From: a virus
Reading direction: 5' to 3' (one strand)
DNA: 64,000 bases
IMG/VR virus record: IMGVR_UViG_3300037264_007501
Span: 7,399 to 71,398 of that record
The notes under the pieces were generated by a model. It made no database searches, was not told where the DNA came from, and saw nothing but the letters and a program-made list of their open reading frames with translations. Each line of letters begins with the position of its first letter. Within the stretch, counting starts at the first letter, position 1. This document shows positions 9,968-18,714 of this stretch, piece by piece. Made by a program: the position numbers and the translations under genes.

Positions 9968-10168
9968 TTACCACAGCGGGCTACCAGGCTTGGGCTCGAA
10001 CTTCTTTTCTTTCAGGAGAGCGTCAATCAGCTTCTCAATGACCTCGCTCTTGGCCAATTGATTCTCCCAGCAGTAGCTGTTGAAGAGAGTGTGTATATCG
10101 GGGTGGACGTAGGCGGTTATTGCTTTGCGGGGCAACCCTTTGGTAGAGACTCGCTTTGGACGGGGCAT
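9968..10168 (-). CDS. ribbon-helix-helix-like DNA-binding protein
   Basis: KAITAYVHPDIHTLFNSYCWENQLAKSEVIEKLI fits the RHH strand-helix-helix pattern. Confidence 0.55.
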   Translation of the reverse strand: MPRPKRVSTKGLPRKAITAYVHPDIHTLFNSYCWENQLAKSEVIEKLIDALLKEKKFEPKPGSPLW

Positions 10169-10226
10169 CAACTGCAAGTATGGACTTGTTGCCACGGATT
10201 GCACCGGTGGCCGCGGCAAAAGTTTT

Positions 10227-10628
10227 TGGAGGTAGCGGGGATCGAACCCGCGTCCAGAGTGCGTCATCAATTAAGTCCCACGAGCGTCTCCCGTTTAAAG
10301 CCTGGGCAGGCTGTAGGGGCAACCCTTTCGGATGGCCCTCCACCATCTGGTGTTGTCTCACGGTCCAGCAACCGCACTCACTCTCATTAGGGGGGAGGAG
10401 GCAACCCTTTTGCTGAGTTCTGTTGCCAGGCCTTCAGCGCCCCGATCGCTTTGCCCTCAGTGAAGAGGGTTAGGCGGCCATACGTTGACTTGCAACCTTG
10501 CGGCCGAAGTCGACGTGTACAACATTGCTGTTGTTACTTGTGTTTTGCCTATCCGTTTTAAGGAGTGGCTAGGCTAGCTCCGCTCGCACCCGATCGAATC
10601 AGTACCCTGTCGAAACCATTACACCCCC
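10227..10628 (-). ncRNA. ssrA: tmRNA
   Basis: 5' GGGGGUGUAAUGGUUUCGACAGGG; 3' GGACGCGGGUUCGAUCCCCGCUACCUCCA with G3-U pair; PK1 (GGAG/CUCC, GCCUA/UAGGC); tag ORF 10535-10470 NNSNVVHVDFGRKVASQRMAA*; CCA not encoded. Confidence 0.95.
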
Positions 10629-10669
10629 GTAAGCAGACTGTATATCCATATGATACAATAAGTCATCCC

Positions 10670-10879
10670 ATGAAATTACTGCTATGCCTCTTGCTTTTGA
10701 GCTCTATCGCACGCTCTTGCGACGATGACGAGCCAGAGGTGGAGTCAACTGACACCATTGAAATGGTTGAGCTAGTTGACCCGGATCCACCCAAGCAGTT
10801 CTACAGCGGCAGCGACGTTGACACCTCGCATGAGCGGCAGTTCTACGACGATAGCAGGTACTACCCAGAGGATGATTAG
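10670..10879 (+). CDS. small acidic secreted or lipoprotein-like protein
   Basis: MKLLLCLLLLSSIARSC signal; upstream TGATACAAT extended -10. Confidence 0.55.
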   Translation: MKLLLCLLLLSSIARSCDDDEPEVESTDTIEMVELVDPDPPKQFYSGSDVDTSHERQFYDDSRYYPEDD

Positions 10880-11100
10880 AAGCACTGCACTTCGGGTCTG
10901 GCACACCGAACGATCGGGCCGCCCGGGTAGTTGAGATCCAGCCCGGTCATGACCTCGTCCCGGTATCGGCAGGCGGTGCCATATTCAACGTGCGCTGGCC
11001 CCAAGCGGGCCTGGCAGAAGATCTTGGCCACGTCCGACCCGTAGACCTTCATTGCGGTGAGGAGCAGAATGACTACGCTGACGGCGATAAGTTTTTTCAT
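10876..11100 (-). CDS. small secreted Cys-containing protein
   Basis: AGGAGG RBS; MKKLIAVSVVILLLTA signal-like start. Confidence 0.55.
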   Translation of the reverse strand: MKKLIAVSVVILLLTAMKVYGSDVAKIFCQARLGPAHVEYGTACRYRDEVMTGLDLNYPGGPIVRCARPEVQCF

Positions 11101-11256
11101 GTTGCCTCCTTTGGCGGAGCATAGCCCTTCTTCAGGGCCTTCGCCAGTTGGGCAAAGTAGCTGGAGAGCGCCTGGGCCACCTCTGCGTCGTTGCAAGCGA
11201 TGCACAGCATCGAATCCTGCATGGGAGCCGCGTCCAGGGTAATCCCCTTCCACCCC

Positions 11257-11868
11257 TCATCCAGCGCTACTGACCGAATCTTTGTGTCCTGGTTGATCTC
11301 GTGCAGCCTCAGCTTTTTCAACTTTCACCTTCTTGTTGTATTGTGGTTCCCAGGTAGCCAAAGTCTGCTTCTTGTTCCACTGATCGACAAAGGCGACGAG
11401 CTCGTCCACGAGGATGAGATGGTCGTAGGCATCCTCGAAGAGGTCCTCGGTGGCTGCTTCCATGGCGTGGTGGATGTTGATGCCAGCGAAAGACTCTACC
11501 TTACAGGGGTGAACGAACTCCGGCATGCTCTCTTCGTCGTCGCAGTAGTGATCGAGTAGCTCGTCCATGTCCATGAAGTAGCGCTTGTTGTCGAGCACTG
11601 GGCCGCCGTCGTATTCCACGAGCTCGCGCTTGGCCTCGTGAGCAGCCTCCTTGCAGTTGTCGCAGAGGATGTGCCACTTACCCAGCTTCTCCCCGCACTT
11701 GCAGTAGGTTTGCCGGCAGCACTCCTCCGCGGCCTTGTAGGTGCCGTCGTTCAGGGAGAGCTTGTGGCATTCGCCACAGGCCCACACGGGGCTGGGGATA
11801 GGGACGCTGTCCGCCCCCAGGGTGTATAGTTGAATGGGCGGTTTTAGATTATCCACTAGTGTCTTCAT
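11257..11868 (-). CDS. Zn-finger-containing hypothetical protein
   Basis: CGEC, AEECC, CKCG, CDNC. Confidence 0.65.
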   Translation of the reverse strand: MKTLVDNLKPPIQLYTLGADSVPIPSPVWACGECHKLSLNDGTYKAAEECCRQTYCKCGEKLGKWHILCDNCKEAAHEAKRELVEYDGGPVLDNKRYFMDMDELLDHYCDDEESMPEFVHPCKVESFAGINIHHAMEAATEDLFEDAYDHLILVDELVAFVDQWNKKQTLATWEPQYNKKVKVEKAEAARDQPGHKDSVSSAG

Positions 11869-12135
11869 ATGTGTCTCTCCATGAACTCTCGGTCAGTTTG
11901 CGCGGGGTAGTCGTTGAACGCTCTTACGAGCTTTGAGCACCTCTCCAGTAGTTTGTCGACGTCTACAGGGCTGCAAGCCTCGTAGATAAAATACGGGTTT
12001 GAATCTTTGGGATGTGGGCACACGGCACCGCCGGCCTCACCCGGGGTGCAGAACGAGTTCAGTTCCTCGATGGACCATCCATCTTCGGCGTAGAATCTGA
12101 GCAAAAGATTGCTCGAGAGGATCACTTTTTTCATA

Positions 12136-12489
12136 TCATGGAATAGCGAGGCAAGCGGCCATCAGCGCAGCCTTACCAGCGGCGCTGGCAAAGTCTAGGC
12201 TGCACTCCCACCTCTCCGGCACCTTCGAAGCCGCGGTAGCAACTATGACGTCCACTATCAAGCCGCATGTGAACGGGTTGAGGGCGACTGCGCCAGTGTC
12301 AGTGCAGAGCCCCAGTCCACGCGCCGCCTCTCGCACGTCCTCTTTGACGAGGTCTGCTCGTTTGCATTGCAGAAGAGCGACTGTGGCGCCGGTGACAGCA
12401 GTCACACCCACGTCTTGAATGACGCATCCTGGCTTTTTTGTGCAGGCCGAAAAGAACACAAATGGAAGGAACAGAAGTAGTTTTTTCAT
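12136..12489 (-). CDS. putative lipoprotein
   Basis: MKKLLLFLPFVFFSAC lipobox; several Cys. Confidence 0.7.
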   Translation of the reverse strand: MKKLLLFLPFVFFSACTKKPGCVIQDVGVTAVTGATVALLQCKRADLVKEDVREAARGLGLCTDTGAVALNPFTCGLIVDVIVATAASKVPERWECSLDFASAAGKAALMAACLAIP

Positions 12490-12498
12490 TCCCGGATA

Positions 12499-12969
12499 TT
12501 ACTTTAGATAGCTGCGGACCGCCTCAAATAAAGTGCGGACCGTCTCGGATCCAGCACTGAATCTGCGCAGGAGTCTGGTCTCTATCGTGCACACTTCGTT
12601 GACGCAAGACTCGACGTCAGTGGTGAGCGCGGCCGCAGGCAACGACAAGCCGCTCTCTTGGAAGTAGGTGCGGTATATCTGGCGGCGGAAGTCGGGCTGC
12701 ATATCCAGGCCAACTCCGAGTTTGGCTTTGTAGGCGGCTACTCCGGCTTCGGTTGGCTGAGAGGCGGGGTGGACGTCGGTCACTACGTAGACTGTGATGT
12801 AGGCCCGGGGGTCTAGCTTTCCTTTATGTCGGTCCACTTCTGGGATTTCTTCGTTGCACCCCCCGCACCATGGCGCAGAAAAGAGGAGCAGGTGTACGTT
12901 GTCATATCGTTCGTGTGGGGTAGGCGAAGCACTGCATGCAGCCAGTAGAAGAAATAAAAGAGCGCGCAT
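12499..12969 (-). CDS. thioredoxin/TlpA-like lipoprotein
   Basis: LLAAC lipobox; FSAPWCGGCNEEIP active site; LPA cis-Pro loop. Confidence 0.8.
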   Translation of the reverse strand: MRALLFLLLAACSASPTPHERYDNVHLLLFSAPWCGGCNEEIPEVDRHKGKLDPRAYITVYVVTDVHPASQPTEAGVAAYKAKLGVGLDMQPDFRRQIYRTYFQESGLSLPAAALTTDVESCVNEVCTIETRLLRRFSAGSETVRTLFEAVRSYLK

Positions 12970-13569
12970 TTCACAAGTCTACCATCAGCTCCTTCAGGTG
13001 TTTCCACCCGCTGCGCAAAACCATCCCGGCGGCTACGCCAGTCAAAAAACTAACCACGATGAACGCGGTTGTGCTTTGGTCAAGAGTGCACATACGTCCT
13101 CCTAGTTTTTGGGTTTTGCAAGCAGCTCGGCCACGACTTCGCGCGCCTGCTGCTCAATTCTCTTTTCTATCGCATATCTGAGATTGTAGTTCTCCTTGAT
13201 GACGGTATCCACAGCCTTCTTGAGTAGCTCCTGCATGGAGCGTGTCACCTGCTCGTGTATTTCACGGGCGAGATTTTGCTCAAAGTGAATCAGACCATCC
13301 TTGATGGCGGCGTTGACCACCGGCTCTAGCTCAGCGTCCCACATCCCCCGTACGTGGTGCACTATCTGTGTTTTCAATTCCGCGAGCTCGATGCGTACGA
13401 GCCCTGCTAGATGGCCGCCGTGCGACCGTCCTTCTGATTGCATGTGTTATCCCTTTTGGAGGTGCAACCCTCCGAATATCTGTTCTCTGTGTCATCGTCT
13501 GTGAAATTGAGGAAGGTGGTCTTGACCGGCCCGTGAAGGCTCCAGTCCCACTCCCAGTCGCGGTATACG

Positions 13570-13767
13570 TCAGACGCCTAAGCTTGCCTTCGTAATGTAC
13601 TCGGTGACATTCCCCTTGCAGCGCTGGTCAGCCAGCTTCTGGATTTTGGAGAAATCGCGCCTGCGAAAGCGAATTAGCTTGGAGACGTTCTTTGCGTTGA
13701 TCGGCTCCGCTGCCTTTGCTTCCACAACCGCCTTTGCTTTCCGAATCTTCGTCACTTTCTTTTTCAT
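13570..13767 (-). CDS. RHH-like small DNA-binding protein
   Basis: KLIRFRRRDFSKIQKLADQRCKGNVTEYI. Confidence 0.5.
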   Translation of the reverse strand: MKKKVTKIRKAKAVVEAKAAEPINAKNVSKLIRFRRRDFSKIQKLADQRCKGNVTEYITKASLGV

Positions 13768-13994
13768 AGACTGCCGTCCATATCCTCTGGTCCCAGCTAC
13801 ACCTAAAGGGGCCATTATAGAGATTTGCGCATGTGGAGTTGTAGCGAACTCTGCATGATGCCTCCGGAGCGCCTAAGCTATCCAGAGTCAGTTGCTTTAG
13901 GTTGTAGATATACCCATTTTTATGATTCAACGCAAAAAATCCTTTACCTCTTTTTTCTAGCAGCTGACGAAGAGAACTGAAGATATAGGCCACC

Positions 13995-14444
13995 TCACAC
14001 CTCGTAGACCATGTCAAGTAGCTTTGGCTGATATCTGATCCAGGCTTTACCGATCGCATCCGAAGAGAAGTCGATGAACGTGTTGTCGGGCGCCTGGAAC
14101 TTCACGTAGCCGGCGACAGCCAGACGATCAAGCCCTATGATAGAAGCCTCCTTGGGAATGCCGGCCTGCTCAAGCCCCCAGACCATGTCGCCGATGAGCC
14201 CCTCTTGCACGTCCTTTTGTTTCTCAAAGCAACTCAGCAGCGCGTGAAGCACGACCTGAGCCTCTGGCGGTAGCAGGGCTGGTACATTCTTGCTCGCCTC
14301 GTAGTAGGGGCGCAGCTTGCGCAACGGCTGCGGGTTGTTCTCCACCACCGCTTCCAGCGTCATCACGCTTGCTGGCGGTGTCGTCCCCTCCGGAGGTTTG
14401 GAATCCAGATGCTTGAACTTTTCGGTGATCTCTCTATCGTCCAT
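13995..14444 (-). CDS. hypothetical protein (possible winged helix)
   Basis: GAGGG RBS; GLDRLAVAGYVKF. Confidence 0.55.
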   Translation of the reverse strand: MDDREITEKFKHLDSKPPEGTTPPASVMTLEAVVENNPQPLRKLRPYYEASKNVPALLPPEAQVVLHALLSCFEKQKDVQEGLIGDMVWGLEQAGIPKEASIIGLDRLAVAGYVKFQAPDNTFIDFSSDAIGKAWIRYQPKLLDMVYEV

Positions 14445-14606
14445 ATTCCCTCATCATGAGCTATTTTTATGCACTTGGGGCAGGTCAGTTCTTCTGGAGT
14501 GGTGGCGAGCTTGCCCTGTGGTTTCCACGGCTCTAGTCCGCACCTCCTCACTGGAGCACCGAGGTGTCCTCTGTTACTGCCGTACGGCTTTTCTGGTTTA
14601 CCCATC

Positions 14607-15566
14607 TTACCTCCCGTACTGATAGAACGAAGCCTTCTCAAAGTAGGAACGTTCGCTGAACCCGGCTACGGGCCCAGTCTTTCCCTCGATCAAGTCAATG
14701 GCGTGCAGCATCTTAGCGTCGAGGTAATCCAGTTGATGAACAAGGATGGCCTCTAGGGACGCGGGCACCACCGGAGACCCCCACGCTACCTGCCCGTGGT
14801 GTGCGGCCAGGATATGCATGAGATGGGCGCGCTCCACCTTGAAGTTCTCTGGCGGTGCTGGGCACTTGTTTGCTTTTTCGTACACCCAGGCTGGTCCAAT
14901 CACAATGTGCGGAGTGAACTGCCCAAGAGCGCTGTAGCCAATCGTCGGCTTTGAAAAGTCGTACTCGATGACTTTGGCGGCGTCATGTAGCATCAGACCG
15001 AAGAGAACTTTGTCTCTGCTGAACGCGACGCCATACCTCTTCTGGTAGTGCTTAATGACCGGCTCAGCGATGGTGCACAGAGAGTGCACGTGTTCAATGA
15101 GTCCGCCATGCCAGTTGTTGTGGATGGTCTTTGCCGCCGGCGCCTTCTTGAACAGCTCGATGAAGTCGGCGTGCTTCAGAAGGATCTCTTCGGTCACGTA
15201 CTTGGTTAGCGGCTCCGTAAAGGTGTCTACCAGTGCGACCAGCTCAGTCCACATTTGCTCGATGTTGAACCGAGTGCTATTGACGTAGTTCCCGTACGGC
15301 TCGGTGCTGGCGTAGGCATCGTTGACGATCATTTGCGGGGCGCCGTTGTACTCGTCCACCGGCCCTACTACTTGAAGGACTGCCCCCTCCTTTACGTTCG
15401 GGTACCTGTCCACGTCGAAGTTCCAAATCTTGGCCTGGATAGCTCCGGACTTATCTCTGAGGGTCAGAGTGGCGTACGGCTTTCCGTTCTTGGCCGTGCT
15501 GACCACCATCTTCTCAACGAGTGCGTGTATATCTGCTACGTCGCCTTTCACAAGTGACTTAATCAT
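14607..15566 (-). CDS. yhaM: YhaM/Cbf1-like 3'-5' exoribonuclease (OB fold + HD domain)
   Basis: KNGKPYATLTLRDKSGAIQAKIW OB fold; APAAKTIHNNWHGGLIEH, LHDAAKVIEY, AHHG...GSP, EAILVHQLDYLDAK. Confidence 0.9.
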   Translation of the reverse strand: MIKSLVKGDVADIHALVEKMVVSTAKNGKPYATLTLRDKSGAIQAKIWNFDVDRYPNVKEGAVLQVVGPVDEYNGAPQMIVNDAYASTEPYGNYVNSTRFNIEQMWTELVALVDTFTEPLTKYVTEEILLKHADFIELFKKAPAAKTIHNNWHGGLIEHVHSLCTIAEPVIKHYQKRYGVAFSRDKVLFGLMLHDAAKVIEYDFSKPTIGYSALGQFTPHIVIGPAWVYEKANKCPAPPENFKVERAHLMHILAAHHGQVAWGSPVVPASLEAILVHQLDYLDAKMLHAIDLIEGKTGPVAGFSERSYFEKASFYQYGR

Positions 15567-16027
15567 TCAATTCTCCGTAGTAAGCGATCATTCTGTGCCC
15601 GTCAGAGAAGACTACCGCGCACTCCTCTGTTCCTGGGCCGTAATTTTTAGCAACGCGCACAATCTGGCCTGTATATCTGCTCATGTGTTTGTTGCGAAAA
15701 ATAAACGTGGCCCCTCTTCTGTATTTAAGAAAGCAGAGCCATCTTTTAAGGAAGCTCACAAGTAATTTCCTCCCGATGGGCTTATACCATGTTGACTGCT
15801 GTATATCTCTCTACTAGCGTTTGGTCTCGGAGGACACATGGAACAAATTAATAACGTGATTCCCTTGAAGCCACAGTACGCAATCTTTAACCCGGGTCTT
15901 CGCAGCCAGCTGGAAGCCGTATCCAAACCCGAGACCGTGACAACGTTGGAGCAGATCATCTGCACCTACGCCATCGTGTGGGCCAGGCGGACGGCGATTG
16001 CGTGGGCCAACAATCTGGTGAAACGTT

Positions 16028-16363
16028 TTGAGCAACCTTGAACTTGTAGGACCTGACGGGGGACCGATCCCCAAGAAACTGTCCGTTCGTTACGGGGATC
16101 GGTACTATCCGTACCGTGTTGTCAGCGCTGAACAGCTGAACGACGTCAAGGATCCCCGGCTAGGAATGCTGGGGGTCCTGGTGCAGGTAGGAGACCAGAC
16201 CAATATCTCCTGGCTGGCACTACTGGCACTCGCCAAAGACATCTACTCCCGCCAGCCGGAGGGTACCCGCCACTTCCAGGACTTCGCCAGTGAGCTTGGC
16301 CTTGTCATCATAGATGGCAAACGCCAGGAACTTAGCGTTGCCGAAGAACTGAAGAAGCTCTAG
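16028..16363 (+). CDS. hypothetical protein at start of virion module
   Basis: 111 aa, coupled to 15838..16041. Confidence 0.55.
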   Translation: MSNLELVGPDGGPIPKKLSVRYGDRYYPYRVVSAEQLNDVKDPRLGMLGVLVQVGDQTNISWLALLALAKDIYSRQPEGTRHFQDFASELGLVIIDGKRQELSVAEELKKL

Positions 16364-16431
16364 TATTTGATGCTGGCCCGCCACACTAGGTCAGGCTATA
16401 CTTTAGCGAGCACCCTAATCCAAGGAGCCGT

Positions 16432-17343
16432 ATGTTTTTTGATTCGAGTACGCTATCCGAGTCAAAATATTCCATGGACCACTATCGGGAGTGGGCCGGC
16501 GAGATCGCGAACTCGTTCTTCAATGCTGGGGCCCTGCCCACGGGAACGCTGGTCAAGATAGCCAAGTCCGAGGAACTCACGCCCCATCAAGTGGCCACCC
16601 TCGCGGCCGAAGCCAACAAGCTCATCCACCACCACAAATACGCGAACGAAAAAGAGAAGTACTTCGCCGCGGAATTTCCCCACGCCGACGCCAAAGCAGC
16701 CCTCAAGGAGTTGCAGCTCGACGGCGGAGAGGTGAAGGTTGCCGGCGCATTCGTGGCTCCGAAGGTCCCCGACACGGGCCCCTCTCCCTATGAGATGTTC
16801 GGTATCCAGCCCGAGGTCATGGACAAGACAGCCGAGGTCAAGCACCGCCTCAAGTACGCCAGCGACCGGTCTGGGTTGCTCGAGCAAAAGCTCCAGGACA
16901 AGATTTACGTTACCAAGACTGCGGCCGAGGACGCTTCCCGCGCCTTCATCAAAGAGGCCAGACAACACCTTTTGGATGAGTCTGGGTCGGCTGCGCGGAT
17001 GAAGTCCCTTGGCCATTTCGACCACTTCGTAAAATGCGCCGGGTTCCCGGTCGGCCGCAAGCTCTTGGCCAAGCTCGCCTTCATTCTCATGAAGGAAGGG
17101 AAGCTCGAGCCCAAGCCGGCACAGGCCGCGATCGCGTACCTCACCAAGGAAGGCGACTGCAAGGCCCCGGTGGAGATGATCAGCCAGAACCTCCCCGCCA
17201 ACGTCATCAACGGCGACCACCCCCTGTACATCACCTTGAAAACCATCGGCGACCACGAAGCTGACCTACTGCGTTACGAGAACGATGCCCTGCTGACCCA
17301 AGATAAGGCCCGCATCCTGAAGCAGAAAATCAGAGCCTTGTAA
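16432..17343 (+). CDS. putative head/core protein with multiple KxA sites
   Basis: AAGGAG RBS; VKIA, VKVA, DKTA, LKYA, TKTA, IKEA, VKCA, AKLA. Confidence 0.7.
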   Translation: MFFDSSTLSESKYSMDHYREWAGEIANSFFNAGALPTGTLVKIAKSEELTPHQVATLAAEANKLIHHHKYANEKEKYFAAEFPHADAKAALKELQLDGGEVKVAGAFVAPKVPDTGPSPYEMFGIQPEVMDKTAEVKHRLKYASDRSGLLEQKLQDKIYVTKTAAEDASRAFIKEARQHLLDESGSAARMKSLGHFDHFVKCAGFPVGRKLLAKLAFILMKEGKLEPKPAQAAIAYLTKEGDCKAPVEMISQNLPANVINGDHPLYITLKTIGDHEADLLRYENDALLTQDKARILKQKIRAL

Positions 17344-17344
17344 C

Positions 17345-17596
17345 ATGATGAAACTATTCACTTTAGCCGGGTCCCGTCATGAGAGCATCGTCAAGACTGC
17401 TCTGGTTGGTGCGCTGGCCGCTGGAGCGGGCAAGTTCGGTCTCAAGTCCGTTAAGGCCATGGGTAGGAACCTGGGCACCACCCTCGGGGTAGGCCTGGGC
17501 GCGGCCGATGTCATTGGCGGCGTCCGCCGCGGTATCCCTCTGACGCCCAAGGGCGTCGCTCCAATAATTCACAGCGTTAATGTGGGGACGGTATGA
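17345..17596 (+). CDS. small Gly/Ala-rich virion-associated protein
   Basis: IVKTA followed by GxxxG-rich hydrophobic segments. Confidence 0.55.
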   Translation: MMKLFTLAGSRHESIVKTALVGALAAGAGKFGLKSVKAMGRNLGTTLGVGLGAADVIGGVRRGIPLTPKGVAPIIHSVNVGTV

Positions 17597-18714
17597 AATA
17601 CGCCTGGCTCGATAAGCTCGCCGAACAGGGACTCATTAGGCCGGCGGTTCTGGACAGCATCTACGCGGATGTGAACCAAACCGTCAAAGAAGGGGCAGTG
17701 GGCAGTCAGGCACGCGAACTCTTTGAGCGCGCTCTCAACATGGGGGTGATGGTCGGCACCGGAGCAGTCGCCAGCATGGTCGGGCGGCACCTGGGCGAGA
17801 AGAAGCACCTGCAACAGGGCATGGCCAAGATCGTTGCCTCAAGAAGCGCGATCGCGAGCGACCCCGAGTTCCAGGGGTCTGAGGATAAGGCGCAGGCCCG
17901 ATTCGACGAGATCGCTCTCTACGCCCCACACGTTGCCATGAACACGCCACTGGCCAAGCGCGTGGTCAAATCAAAGCTCAACGAGGGGCTGAGCGACAGC
18001 GACGTACAGGCGCTGGCGTTGCTTCAGGCTCAATATTTTCCGAACGCTTTGCAGACCGACAAGTTTCAGCAGAAGGCCGCCTCTATCAGTCAGGAAAAGA
18101 TGGGCGAAATGCTGGCCGATATCTACCTACTCAAGACTGCCGCCACCGACTTTTCAAAGATGACAAAGGTTCGTGGGTCAATGCCGTTCTTGGGCCGCCT
18201 TGGTCGCTATGCCCAGCATGTGGGCATGTACGCTTCTATCCCGCTGGTGGTGGGCGCTGCGGCCGGCGCTGCAAACGTCGCCCTGAGAAAACATGACCAA
18301 AAGTCGCTTGAGAAGAACCTCGAGGCTGCCTTTAGCAAGGCCATGTCCTTGAGCGACAAGGACAAGGAGCCGCTCCACGCCAACAAGGAAAAGGCGCGCC
18401 AGGCTTTCAGCGCCCTCGCCCATTTCGCCCCGCACGTCGCTCTCGAGCCGCAGGCCGCGCGCGCATTCATGACCAAGATCGTGGCCTACGACCAGGGGAT
18501 GAACATCAGCGACATCAAAGACCTGGCCGAGATTCAAAACAACATCAGCAAGAATCAAAAGGACGGGCCGTTTAGGTCGGGGTTCTTGGCTGCGGGCGCC
18601 GGCCTCGGCACCTCTAAGATAGTGCAGAGATCAATGGAAGAGGCTGGGTTTGATTTTGGCGTAGAGGGCAAGGAAGAGTTCGAAGACCCCGGTGGCAAGG
18701 TGCACTACCGCTAA
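17593..18714 (+). CDS. putative internal virion/ejection protein with two homologous units
   Basis: Duplicated KA.A.F..(I/L)A.(Y/F)APHVA(M/L) domain, each preceded by a hydrophobic segment; LLKTAA between the units. Confidence 0.65.
   Translation: MKYAWLDKLAEQGLIRPAVLDSIYADVNQTVKEGAVGSQARELFERALNMGVMVGTGAVASMVGRHLGEKKHLQQGMAKIVASRSAIASDPEFQGSEDKAQARFDEIALYAPHVAMNTPLAKRVVKSKLNEGLSDSDVQALALLQAQYFPNALQTDKFQQKAASISQEKMGEMLADIYLLKTAATDFSKMTKVRGSMPFLGRLGRYAQHVGMYASIPLVVGAAAGAANVALRKHDQKSLEKNLEAAFSKAMSLSDKDKEPLHANKEKARQAFSALAHFAPHVALEPQAARAFMTKIVAYDQGMNISDIKDLAEIQNNISKNQKDGPFRSGFLAAGAGLGTSKIVQRSMEEAGFDFGVEGKEEFEDPGGKVHYR

Noticed and set aside
10227-10260. tRNA gene or prophage attachment site
   Set aside because: The T-arm belongs to the complete tmRNA; no integrase or duplicated 3' end in the window
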